Shown here: one piece after another, positions 25,763 to 37,532 of the stretch
How the letters are laid out: each line of letters starts with the position of its first letter
How positions within the stretch are numbered: the stretch's first letter is position 1
Assembly: GCA_950097015.1 (NCBI GenBank)
Contig: CATNEN010000001.1
Location: 2,976,001-3,040,000 of the forward strand
Length of the DNA stretch: 64,000 nt
Direction of reading: 5' to 3'
Source of the DNA: Macrostomum hystrix
Lineage: Eukaryota; Animalia; Platyhelminthes
Translations under genes and position numbers: made by a program
Notes under the pieces: model-generated
Told to the model about the DNA's origin: nothing
The model's database searches: none
Seen by the model: only the letters and a program-made list of their open reading frames with translations

Positions 25763-28700
25763 CTGAATGGATAAAATAAATTTAATGTGTCAAAATCATA
25801 GCTTCGGTGAACTATTTAAAACATAATTGGTTGAAATTCAGTGTTTTGAATTAAACAATAATTAAAGAAAAAACATTACTGAATCTGCTGGGGCAAATTG
25901 TGTCTTTTAGCATTGATTAAGTTCATCTAGCTCTAATTAAATGGCCCAAATTAGGTACTTTATTAACATTAGCTAGAGCACCAAAATTGTTACAGAAATA
26001 CAGAGGTATTTTAACATAATGTCCAAGTAATTTAAATATTTGTTTCTCCAAAGTTGTTATAGGGCTTTCTCATAATTACTCTATAGGAATGTGCTTTAAA
26101 CATTTAAAAATAAATTCTGGGTAGCAAATATAGGACTCCTGTCTGTTATCATATTTTAGTTACTCTAAGTATAGTATTTAGTTATTCTGGCTAATCACTT
26201 TATCACATGTATATATTTCTGAGTATATGCTTTCTGAAGAGCATTACCAATTATCTCAAGTGTGCAGTGATACTTCCTAATTCTTTCTCTCTTGAATTAT
26301 CTTAGTATGTGTCTCCATATATTTTATAAAGAATGACAGAACACTTCTGAGTATTGTATATGAACTTTGTATTAAAAACTAGGTTGGAAAAGGTTGAGGT
26401 TTTCTATCAATTTTGTTTCTGCATTTATACTAAAAAATGACTCAATTTTAACAAAAACAATTACAGTGTATTCTAACAAATGTATTAGATTTGCATGAAT
26501 TCAAACAAATTATGTACAAAACATAGTGGATTTATTGGATTATAAGTTTTAATGTGGCCTATATCAACTACATGTTATTATTTTTCAACAAAAAAAAGTT
26601 GTGGGTAGAAATAACTGATTAGTAATTTAATCAACAATTTATTTGCTTTCTCCACCAGTCTCCAACAAAAAATGAAATACAAACATACAAGTCTCTTCAT
26701 TGAAATTAAAGCTTTTTTTAAAATAGGGCCCTAGGGCCTAGGCTAAGTCTAAGAATAAGATCAAGTTGTAACTAAAAGGTAACAAAATAAATATTTCTGT
26801 TGTTTCATAAGTGGATGGTGTAGGATCAAGACTGCCAACATCAAATCTGGGGATCACCTGATCAGGAGGTATTACTGGTGTTATACAGTTGGCTAGCTTG
26901 GGATTGGCAGACACGAGGTTGTCAGAGTTGTGTTGTCTGACTTATGCTCATACTCATACATAGAAAGTCACAGGCATTTTGAGATTAAAAAGCTAGAAAT
27001 GTCTTGGTGAAGTCCAGTGATTTATATGTTTAGGTGTCAATTAAAAAAATAAAAAAACTCACTACAAAATAAAAACTTTATGTCAATCCACTCCATGGTT
27101 CTATACATCGCTATATGCATACTTATTAATATAATACATATTTACAACGCGTAAGTTAAAATATGTATATACCTACAATCGGGCTACATATACTCATACT
27201 AAAATTTAGAATAGACGAAGAAAATGTGCATTTAGTATACTATTTTTTATTGAGTTTAATGAAATTATTTCATAGTTTTAAAGCGACACAGCGATGCATA
27301 TGTCAAGCACGACAGATTTGATTTAGCATGTAGTTTTGCAAACTTGTTTAACATTATAATATTTTATTTAACGCAAGCAAACTAAAAGATGTGTGCCAAA
27401 ATTTAATGTCAAATTAATCACCATTTAAATTGGCCAGACATGCATATTTACATAAAAAAAATTTTTCAGCATGAAAACAAAAAGTTACAAATTGTTTTAG
27501 AATTGTGAAGTTTTTGTTATAAACCTGCACAACAAACTTTTAAATCAGTCTAAATTAGCGCGTTCTAGAATAACGAGCATCTTTAATTTCGCAATTTTTA
27601 CCAGGACGCTGTACAGTCTGGAGCTGGACGCTGTACATTTTAAAATAAATTTTACTTTATCTTTGTCTTCAGCGTTTCTTACATTATAATTAGATGCACT
27701 GCAAGCCCATAAAAGTGTGAGCTCATAAAATCGTAACTATATCAGAGGCCGCTCAACACTAATAGTGAACTGATATAATAAATAGTACCTAAAAAATTGA
27801 CCAAATGTATAGGCGATTAAAGTACTGATTGAGATTTACCATTATTCAATTCGAAACAAGAACCTGAACCCTTTTCTGCCGCTGTCCTTAGTGGCTGAAC
27901 GATAGCTTCTTTCGGCTTAAACGCAATCGATGCAATGCCTCTAATGCGAAACGGTTGCGACGTGTTAACGCTCAGTTGACCAGAAAGCTCATAGTCAGGC
28001 GCTCTGGCGCTCAGGTGCATGTACGGTGGTGGCGGCAGACCTTGATAGATTTTCACTTTGTCCTGTCCTGCGGCGAGTTAGTATCGAATTCGGTGAAGCT
28101 CAATTCCACGATCTGATTGACGCTAGCGTTGAAAATCCAGATAAACTGCAGCTCGGTTGAGTAATTGGCTGAGCTGAATTCTGGGTGACTCACGCGCTCA
28201 CCAAATCCACGTCGAATAGTTTCCGTTGGTACAAGTAATCTGGTTACAAACAAGTTGGACAGTTCGTTTAGGAATGGATACAACTGCAGGAACACATGTA
28301 CAAAGCATGTGTGGCTAGCCCATTTTTACCGAAAAAGCCACTTTAAATTGAATTCAACCTTTTTAACTAAAGCCTTCAATGGCTTCTCTCTCGAACTCTG
28401 CGGCTAATAAAGAATCAAAGTAAAGCAATTAGCTTAACTCACAATCTTCAGGCTTCATTTTCAGTGCCAGCGTGAAGGAACTAACAAAATGATTTGCTGA
28501 ACCAGCGCATGAACTGCTTTTATTTTGAAAACGAACGACGCAAGGCCCAGCAAGTGTGAACTGAGAGCCGACATGCTGGTCCATTCTAGTTATAAGAGAA
28601 GAGTTGACAGTCGTTCGCTATCGGGTACAGCAGTCTCTTGGTACATACTGATCAGGCTGTAGGACTCATTCCAATTGGCTGCGTTGAGAGCACTGACAAT

Positions 28701-28902
28701 GATGACATTCGTGCTCAAGATCACCCAGCGATAGTCTACCACACCATTGGCAGTCGGCGTGCTCCGGAAGTCGTCAGGATAGGTCAGTGTTGTTTCATTT
28801 CTCACTAGTACGTTTTTTGTCTGAAATAGAACAGAGTTCTCATTAATAGTGGTGTATTTGATTGGATTAAGGCTTAATTTGAAATACTCAATAGTCTCAA
28901 AG

Positions 28903-29185
28903 GAGGTTGTTGCCTAGTGGTTAAAGCGTCGGACTCACGACTTGAAGGTTGGGGGTTCGATTCCCGGCTCCACGGGAACATTTTTGTCCCTTAGCAAGAC
29001 ACTTAACTCTGCAATGCTTCAGTCCACCCAGCTGTTAAATGGGTACCAGCATCAGCTGGGATAATTGAAGTGTGGCGTCCCCCCGTCCATGGATTGAACA
29101 GCTGCGCTGTACGCAGCCTTCAGACTCGCCGCGCATTATAGCAGCGACTGGCTGTATATCTGACCCAATTGGGGCAGGTGTAATT
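28903..29185 (+). mobile_element. tRNA-derived SINE, family A, best-preserved copy
   Basis: Head GCCTAGTGGTTAAAGCG...GGTTCGATTCCCGGC. Central CCCTTAGCAAGACACTTAACTCTGCAATGCTTCAGTCCACCCAGCTGTTAAATGGGTA resembles the MIR/CORE domain. The 3' tail is followed by AT-rich sequence. Confidence 0.82.
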
Positions 29186-29504
29186 AATTAATTATCATTA
29201 TTATCAATTATGAAGTGCTCGTAAATTACCAATAAATCCTTGGATGGTGGCGTACAAGCAACATCTTTAAATTAAATTTCGTGTGAACAATTGCAACCCG
29301 AGGCCATAAACAATTTTTGTTGAGTACTTTTTTGACCCTTTTGTAAAATCAATACCAAACATCAGCTGGGCTACAATTTAGGATGGGTGTACAGACACCT
29401 ACCCTGCAGTCCATGGACAGAAAAGCTGTATTGCGCAATAATTAGCATAATTAATTATATGCTTGGCATTAAAAATCTTTCTGAACTTCTTTTGAGATAA
29501 ATAG

Positions 29505-31915
29505 GGACTACTGTCCTTCTAAAGCTAGTCCTAATAAAGCTAGTCGCACTAAAGGCCTACTAAAGCTAGTCCTACTAAAGCTAGTCCTACTAAAGCTAGT
29601 CCTACTAAAGCTAGTCCTACTAAAGCTAGTCCTACTAAAGCTAGTTCTACTAAAGCTAGTCCTACTAAAGCTAGTCCTAATAAAGCTAGTCCTACTAAAG
29701 CTAGTCCTACTAAAGCTAGTCCTACTAAAGCTAGTCCTACTAAAGCTAGTCCTACTAAAGCTAGTCCTACTAAAGCTAGTCCTACTAAAGCTAGTCCTAC
29801 TAAAGCTAGTCCTACTAAAGCTAGTCCTACTAAAGCTAGTCCTACTAAAGCTAGTCCTACTAAAGCTAGTTCTACTAAAGCTAGTCCTAATAAAGCTAGT
29901 CCTTCTAAAGCTAGTCCTAATAAAGCTAGTCGCACTAAAGGCCTACTAAAGCTAGTCCTACTAAAGCTAGTCCTACTAAAGCTAGTCCTTCTAAAGCTAG
30001 TCCTAATAAAGCTAGTCGCACTAAAGGCCTACTAAAGCTAGTCCTACTAAAGCTAGTCCTACTAAAGCTAGTCCTACTAAAGCTAGTCCTACTAAAGCTA
30101 GTCCTACTAAAGCTAGTCCTACTAAAGCTAGTCCTACTAAAGCTAGTCCTACTAAAGCTAGTTCTACTAAAGCTAGTCCTACTAAAGCTAGTCCTACTAA
30201 AGCTAGTCCTACTAAAGCTAGTCCTACTAAAGCTAGTCCTACTAAAGCTAGTCCTACTAAAGCTAGTTCTACTAAAGCTAGTCCTACTAAAGCTAGTCCT
30301 ACTAAAGCTAGTCCTACTAAAGCTAGTCCTACTAAAGCTAGTCCTACTAAAGCTAGTCCTACTAAAGCTAGTCCTACTAAAGCTAGTTCTACTAAAGCTA
30401 GTCCTACTAAAGCTAGTCCTACTAAAGCTAGTCCTACTAAAGCTAGTCCTACTAAAGCTAGTCCTACTAAAGCTAGTCCTAATAAAGCTAGTCCTACTAA
30501 AGCTAGTCCTAATAAAGCTAGTCCTAATAAAGCTAGTTCTACTAAAGCTAGTCCTACTAAAGCTAGTCCTAATAAAGCTAGTCCTACTAAAGCTAGTCCT
30601 ACTAAAGCTAGTCCTAATAAAGCTAGTCCTACTAAAGCTAGTCCTAATAAAGCTAGTCCTACTAAAGCTAGTCCTACTAAAGCTAGTCCTAATAAAGCTA
30701 GTCCTACTAAAGCTAGTCCTACTAAAGCTAGTCCTACTAAAGCTAGTCCTAATAAAGCTAGTCCTACTAAAGCTAGTCCTAATAAAGCTAGTCCTACTAA
30801 AGCTAGTCCTAATAAAGCTAGTCCTACTAAAGCTAGTTCTACTAAAGCTAGTCCTACTAAAGCTAGTCCTAATAAAGCTAGTCCTACTAAAGCTAGTCCT
30901 ACTAAAGCTAGTCCTAATAAAGCTAGTCCTACTAAAGCTAGTCCTAATAAAGCTAGTCCTACTAAAGCTAGTCCTACTAAAGCTAGTCCTACTAAAGCTA
31001 GTCCTACTAAAGCTAGTCCTACTAAAGCTAGTCCTACTAAAGCTAGTTCTACTAAAGCTAGTCCTAATAAAGCTAGTCCTACTAAAGCTAGTCCTACTAA
31101 AGCTAGTCCTACTAAAGCTAGTCCTACTAAAGCTAGTCCTACTAAAGCTAGTCCTACTAAAGCTAGTCCTACTAAAGCTAGTCCTACTAAAGCTAGTCCT
31201 ACTAAAGCTAGTCCTACTAAAGCTAGTCCTACTAAAGCTAGTTCTACTAAAGCTAGTCCTACTAAAGCTAGTCCTACTAAAGCTAGTCCTACTAAAGCTA
31301 GTCCTACTAAAGCTAGTCCTACTAAAGCTAGTCCTACTAAAGCTAGTTCTACTAAAGCTAGTCCTACTAAAGCTAGTCCTACTAAAGCTAGTCCTACTAA
31401 AGCTAGTCCTACTAAAGCTAGTTCTACTAAAGCTAGTCCTTCTAAAGCTAGTCCTTCTAAAGCTAGTTCTAATAAAGCTAGTCCTTCTAAAGCTAGTCCT
31501 TCTAAAACTAGTCCTAATAAAGCTAGTCGCACTAAAGGCCTACTAAAGCTAGTCCTACTAAAGCTAGTCCTACTAAAGCTAGTTCTAATAAAGCTAGTCC
31601 TTCTAAAGCTAGTCCTTCTAAAGCTAGTCCTAATAAAGCTAGTCGCACTAAAGGCCTACTAAAGCTAGTCCTACTAAAGCTAGTCCTACTAAAGCTGGTC
31701 CTACTAAAGCTAGGCCTACTAAAGCTAGTCCTTCTAAAGCTAGTCGCACTAAAACTAGTCCTACTAAAGCTAGTCCTACTAAAACTAGTCCTACTAAAGC
31801 TAGTCCTACTAAAGCTAGTCCTAATAAAGCTAGTCCAACTAAAGCTAGTCCTTCTAAAGCTAGTCCTTCTAAAGCTAGTTCTAATAAAGCTAGTCGCACT
31901 AAAGGACTACTAAAG
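29505..31915. repeat. 15-bp minisatellite (ACTAAAGCTAGTCCT), about 160 copies, in an intron of the CUB-like pseudogene
   Basis: Direct periodicity. GTCGCACTAAAGGCCT landmark units near 29543, 29930, 30016, 31528 and 31643 shift the phase. Confidence 0.97.
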
Positions 31916-32916
31916 CTTAGCGCGAGTGGCAAACGCGTTAACCGCTGGTAGATCATTAGCTGGTAGTTCAACCGCTGGTTAACCACCACCCCCGTAGTAG
32001 TTATAAATTAAAAGCAAAGCCAACGATGAGTTCTTCTCTCACCAGCAGTTCTATCGGCGCAGTACGTCAGTTCGAATCCGCCTTTTGGATGCTATTAGCC
32101 CTGCTTGACATCAAAATTAGCACAGGTCCGTTGAGTCTGTACTCCAATTCTTTGGACCTGGAGTAACTGACGACAAATATCAGATTCTCAGGTATCTCCG
32201 ACACGGACTTTTCATACAGCATCAGGAAATTTTCCTTGTTTAAGTTGTGCCAGCCCACCCGGATCCTTACTGCCTCCCTTCTGTCGATGATCCAGCGAGC
32301 ATCCGTGGTCGTGTTTTGCGATGTATTTTCCAGAAACCGGATCTCACCAGACTGGTTTCTTAGGGTCACTGCGGAGAGCGAATTGAAGGTGTGCCGTTTC
32401 AAAAGTGTACTGCAATATACTGCGAGATATTGCTGGATAATGCTCGAGTTCGTATTGTCGCCATACAAGCTTACCATTGTGCTCTGAGTAAATGAAGCGA
32501 AAGCTGCGCTTTGCTGCTCTTTTGTCAGTCCTCGTACCACAGTGACGAATCCTTTCACTCTCAGCGTCCTTCGCTCGCGCAGCTGGCCAGTGTGGCTGAA
32601 GACGGGCATCTCGCCGAGTTTTGGCTCCACTCCAGTGTACACACTGACAGTATCACCATTGGGCTCGGCTCCTTCAGCATCATCGGCAAGCAGCTGGAGC
32701 ACCGCAGTCTGCAGAGGGTTCATGGCGATGGCCCAGGCTCTGGTGAGATTCGCTCCGCACGGTTGAGCTGAGGCACCTCGGAGACAGCTGTCCACTCCCC
32801 TCGGATTTCTAATTATCTTAGTTTGAGATTGAGAGTCTGAAATTTCACTTGTTTTATTTTATACATTTGAAGCACACAAAAATGTCTACACCAGCTGATG
32901 CCGGTATACATTTAAC

Positions 32917-33205
32917 CAGGGGCGTAGCTAGGGAGAGGGCAAGGGGGACCGCGCTGCGCCCTCCCCAATCGGCTGAAGAACCTATGTGGCACTCCACGGT
33001 TGTGGCGCCCCTAGGTAGTGGCGTCCTTCTGCTAGTGGCGCTCCCTGCATGTAGTGGCGCCCCCAGGTAGTGGCGTTCCCAGGTAGTGGCGCTGCTCCCA
33101 GGTAGTGGCGCTCCCATGCAGGTAGTGCATGGCGCCCCCTGGTATTGGCGCCCCCAGGTAGTGGCGCCCCCTGGTAATTAGCACCCCCTGGTTGTGGCGT
33201 CCTAA
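32917..33205. mobile_element. Truncated hAT-like non-autonomous element with internal GTAGTGGCGCCCC repeats
   Basis: Starts CAGGGGCGTAGCTAGG, sharing its first 10 nt with the TIR of the MITE at 34268. It has about 10 GC-rich subterminal-type repeats. No right TIR was found. Confidence 0.4.
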
Positions 33206-34267
33206 ATACATACTTTTAAACCCCCACAGGGACAGAGCTCCAGCTCGGAGCTGAACCCAGGGCGAAAGCCAAATGCAACTGTAAAAAAATAAATCGTTCA
33301 ATGGAAAAGAAAGTCCGAGGATGGGTTTTAGGCCGAGGAACTCAATTTAGTGATTTTGTAGTCCATGCATTACTTTGAGCCCTAAGACTTCTCAAAACGC
33401 CCACCCACCTCCGCTTCCGATTGTCAGATTCACTCGAGCGTGACGAGAGACTAACCTTCAAATGTCTTTTTAATTTGCACTAAAGGAAAATGAATTGGCT
33501 AAAACGTAATATGAATTTAATAATCTCCTCTACTAAATCTTGGAGAAGCATCTTTCAAATTCAAGAAATGAAAATGCATATGTGTGACAAATAAGCAATT
33601 AATTAAGGCCAAAAAAAATTCAATTTTTTTTCTTAATGGAGTTAATGTTTCTTAGAACACAATTTGTGTCCTCGATTTAAAATGCGCTTGATTTCTTACA
33701 AAGTTTAAAAAAATATGGTTGAACACTTGAACTAGGCCTAGTCTTTATCGCGAAATGTAAAACTTGTCACTTGTGTTATTCTACTCCTGGAAATTGCGAA
33801 TTTTAGGTTCACTATTCGTTTCGATTCTGAAAATATCTTGACTGCTCAATCGGCGTCACTAGGTACGTGTAGTTTGTGGCGGCCAAGATAAACTTTTGAT
33901 GACTTTAATGGCTTTGATAAAGTTGTGCTTTGATTTAATAACCAGAGGCCTATTTTATATAGCATAGACCTAGTCTCACCAGTTAGGTCTATATATTTGT
34001 GTAATTGTATTTTGGGGTTATTTTGCCGAAATTAATTTTTATTAACTATTAATTTTCCCCTGAAAATTATTTTTGTTACACAAGAACTGCAACAGAGCAA
34101 TGTCAGCACATGAAACTCTAGAACACAGGCCAACTTTTTGTGCATCTTCTGAAACAAGAATCAAGTTGCCAGACCTTCAGGCTGTTGAGATAGGCCCCCT
34201 ATTAAATGTAATAGTTCTGGCTGAAGGTCAGATTTCTCTTATCAGAGCTATGAGCTAGTATATTACG

Positions 34268-34439
34268 CAGGGGCGTATGCTGGGGGGATATGGGGATATA
34301 TCCCCCCATTTCCCAAAATTTCCCATGTACTTATTGTACTTAGTCAATTCCTAGAGCCATAGAGGACATTATTTAGTCTGGAATGTTTATATTTCTGCTG
34401 GTTATCCCCCCCCAAACTAAATTCCAGCATATGCCACTG
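34268..34439. mobile_element. hAT-type MITE, 172 bp
   Basis: TIRs CAGGGGCGTATGCTGG / CCAGCATATGCCACTG (14/16). Perfect 8-bp TSD ATATTACG at 34260-34267 and 34440-34447. CAG termini with an 8-bp TSD are hAT hallmarks. Confidence 0.88.
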
Positions 34440-34445
34440 ATATTA

Positions 34446-34897
34446 CGGTACCTGGACACTTCATTATCTTGCAACTTTGTCATCCAGATGACAATCTTTC
34501 CAATTTCTCAGAGGGTGGATGATGAAGAGACTTAGACTTGTGGTTGTGGACACTTCGTCATCTATAAAACAAAAGTTTTCAAAGTTAGAACAGAACCACC
34601 CCTCCCCACCTCCTCACATCGTATTGGCACCTATCTTTCAACTCTTATAGGCCTAATGAAATCAGTTTTGACACCTCCTTTTGACAATTTAGAGTGTGAA
34701 GTGTGTTCACCCCTCTGCCCCACCACCCCAACCTCACTTTATTGATGACGAACTTGATTGCTTGTTATTAGTAAATGATGAACTGACCAAACTTTAAAGC
34801 ATGCCAATTGGCTGGCTGACAAAGGGTCCTACCTTCCAAGTGAATGATGAAGTTGTAAGATGATGAAGTTGTAAGATGACAAAGTGTCTAGGATCCA
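34446..34897. mobile_element. Second MITE-like element with about 38-bp imperfect TIRs and subterminal (ACTTCGTCATC/GATGAAGTT) repeats
   Basis: Left GGTACCTGGACACTTCATTATCTTGCAACTTTGTCATC aligns with the reverse complement of the right end GGATCCTAGACACTTTGTCATCTTACAACTTCATCATC. Candidate TSD (T)ATATTA. Confidence 0.6.
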
Positions 34898-36640
34898 TAT
34901 ATTACAAGTCCCTATATATATATTTGCACTGCTATTCACTTAGAGCAGTCTGGCCAGGCCTTCAAACTTAATCATCACATCATCCAAATTTGCCCACATC
35001 ATCTCTACTAAAATTAAATGAACCCTATTAAAAACTAGAAGGTAATATTTGAATTCAATTTTGTGTTAGTGCTTTGTGCCTTTGTTTTATTACTTGTGTA
35101 TCACATTTTGCTTTCTCTTATTTTGTCACAATTTAAAATTTAACATACATTTATTACATTTGTTTATGGTACCAGGTACATAATTTGTGATTTCTTTTTT
35201 ATTTTAATTCTAATAAATTGCATCAATTTGTAGTTTTGTCACTTTAGTATCCAGGTGCTGATTTGTCAGTGCGCGAGTGTTATATTTGTTCAAATTATTT
35301 TTTTAAACTTAGACTAATAAATGTGTGCAAGTTTGTTTTTTGTAACAAAAGCTTTTATCATTTGAAGTATTTGTTTCTGAAGTAGCTATTACTAAAGCAG
35401 ACTTTAGACCATTGGCATTAGGTCTCTAAAGATAAGACAAATTAATATAAATATTGTTAAAGACAAGATTTTTTGTCAGCTTGCTCTTTCTTATTTACTT
35501 TAAGGAAAAATTCTGTATATTAGCTATTAAATGCTCATACTATATGAGTAGAAACAGCATTTGCCACTATGTGATACCATTTAAGGATATGGTAGCCATG
35601 TGTATTGCAAAAATGACCCTCTATTAAGGACAAAGAGGCTGTCTATGATAATTGATATTGACTTGTGATAGTTATTGCTTAGGAATCATAAGGGTAGGAA
35701 ATCATGCTGATAAAATGAAGTTTGTGACATTTTTTATTTCTTGTGAATTTAATATGGCAATACTATAGTTACCAGCTTTGTGTATTTTCATAAGTATTTA
35801 AAATATTTTGACTCTTTTTCTAATATTCATTCAATAAGTAATTTTTATTAGTTTAGGAACTTCTAAAGCACTGTTAAGAAGCTTATCCTATCGTCTTGTA
35901 TTCATTCTAGTCTGCTATAATTGCCCGTATATATTTCTGTAGTAAATTAGATCAAATGTTTGTAAGTTCTTGCTTCCTATAGGCCTATTAGTACTAATTA
36001 TTGAAATTATATCTTAATTGTTTACATGCACATATTATATTTTGTGTATTATATTATATAATTATATTATGTACTGTGTACATGCATATCCTGTGTGTAT
36101 ATTGGGTTACTAATAAGAACTTTTAAGCCAAATACTTTTATATTGCTAAAAAGTGAGTCAATACACAGTCTGCAACACCTTGGTTGACTGACTAGAAAGT
36201 GAATTTTCAGACCAAAATGTTTCAAAAAGCATTGGTGGTTATTCTAATGTGCTTATCCACAGCAAAATTCACAGATTTTCTCCAAATAAATTGCCAACCA
36301 GATAGCTGCAAAAGCTGATTGCATCCATCTTACCAAACAAATTCCTTTTTTCTCCATTTTCTTCTCCAATCTGTCTCATAACCTTGTCTGTTGGTTAAAG
36401 TTACCAGTATCATTCACCAGTTCAATTGCTCTGATTTGGCAATCCAAACCCATCTCTTAGAATCCAATAGTTGCTTCAATTTTAAACCTGAGGAATGCTT
36501 CAAAGCTATTGACCCAGGCTCATTTTTTACTCGAAATTTTATATTCTTCCAGCGCTGTACATTCAATTTCAATATCAGCCCCCCAGCCTTAACACTCAAC
36601 TTCAACAGTGTTGTTATTCTAGTGTTTTTAACCACTATAG

Positions 36641-36810
36641 GGGGTTGTAACCTAGTGGTTAGAGCGTCAGACTCGCAAATTGAAGGTCGGAGGTTCGAAT
36701 CTAGAATCCACTGGAAAAATTTGTGTTTCGTTTAGCAGGACACATAGCTCTGAATTGCTACAGTTCACCCAGCTGTGGGTACCAGCATTAGCTAGGGTAA
36801 TATAGCGTGG
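36641..36810 (+). mobile_element. tRNA-derived SINE, family A, 3'-truncated
   Basis: CCTAGTGGTTAGAGCG...GGTTCGAATC head followed by TAGCAGGACACATAGCTCTG...CACCCAGCTGTGGGTACCAGCATTAGCT, homologous to the 28903 copy. Confidence 0.75.
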
Positions 36811-37532
36811 TTTTTGGCGTCTAAAAGCGCTGTTAATTGCGTCTGTTGCCAGTTGGTAACCAAGAGATGCTGCGCTTGCATGATGTGATGCATTGCAGTG
36901 CAGTACAAGCCTTTTGCTTTGACTTTGCTGTACAGTCATAATGCTAAAAATAGACTCGCGAGGGATGAAAGGGAGAATCCAAACTGTCTTGGCTAGTCGT
37001 GTATGTGTAGTGTTTTTACGAAGCCAAGTGTCAAGTGTCATTAACCCAATAAATTAAGTCTGCGGCTAATGTACATTTAGCTAGGCATATCTGTACAGGT
37101 GAATGTCTTATTTCACTTCCTTCACCTCTAAACCCTTTCCACCTAGAAGTTTAATTATAAATTTGTCTATTTGCGGCGCTAAATTCCTTCTCTCGTTTGT
37201 ATTAAACTAAACTAAATAACTCTTCTCTGTGATTGGCTGAATCAAAATATGTTCTTGAAACGAACAGGGGGCATTTAAATGTACATAAAGAGGGGGTGAG
37301 GCATTCATATTATTCTGTGGTTAGCAGCTTTTGATTACACTGCCAATCGGGGCAAAGTGTCGGTTGATTGTGCATCCATTTTCGTATCCCTGTACAATTG
37401 GACAATTGATTTAATTATGATGTAAAGGGGTCTTTAGCTGATGATAAAGCAAGCGCCAAGCTAGTAGTTAACTGAAAAGTTAGGTTTGCGTGGCCCAGAC
37501 CGCAACGTCACTAACTTAAAAAGAACTTTATC

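Larger units (their letters stand above)
27817..32810 (-). pseudogene. Multi-CUB-like domain gene, frameshifted; exons about 32810-32475, 32368-32043, 28820-28443, about 28285-27840
   Basis: Each exon encodes one CUB-like unit (W-x-I motif, FTEFDT..DKVKIYQG, C-terminal GGFELTY / SFRFIY / GFRFLF) ending in a phase-1 GT donor. Each needs at least one frameshift to read through (near 32533, 32085, 28815, 28598, 28065, 27860-27900). Confidence 0.6.

Noticed and set aside
25870-26960. Candidate upstream TMEM127 exons (24-nt microexon near 25880-25903; segment near 26800-26960)
   Set aside because: Weak splice signals and in-frame stops; cannot be supported without transcript data.
28903-28975. 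Possible tRNA genes (also 24938, 36641, 52201, 60240)
   Set aside because: A/B boxes are present but the stems are broken, and several continue into shared SINE bodies.
29549-31989. (GLALV)n ORFs up to 503 aa
   Set aside because: Translation of a 15-bp intronic minisatellite, with no real ATG and phase broken by landmark units.
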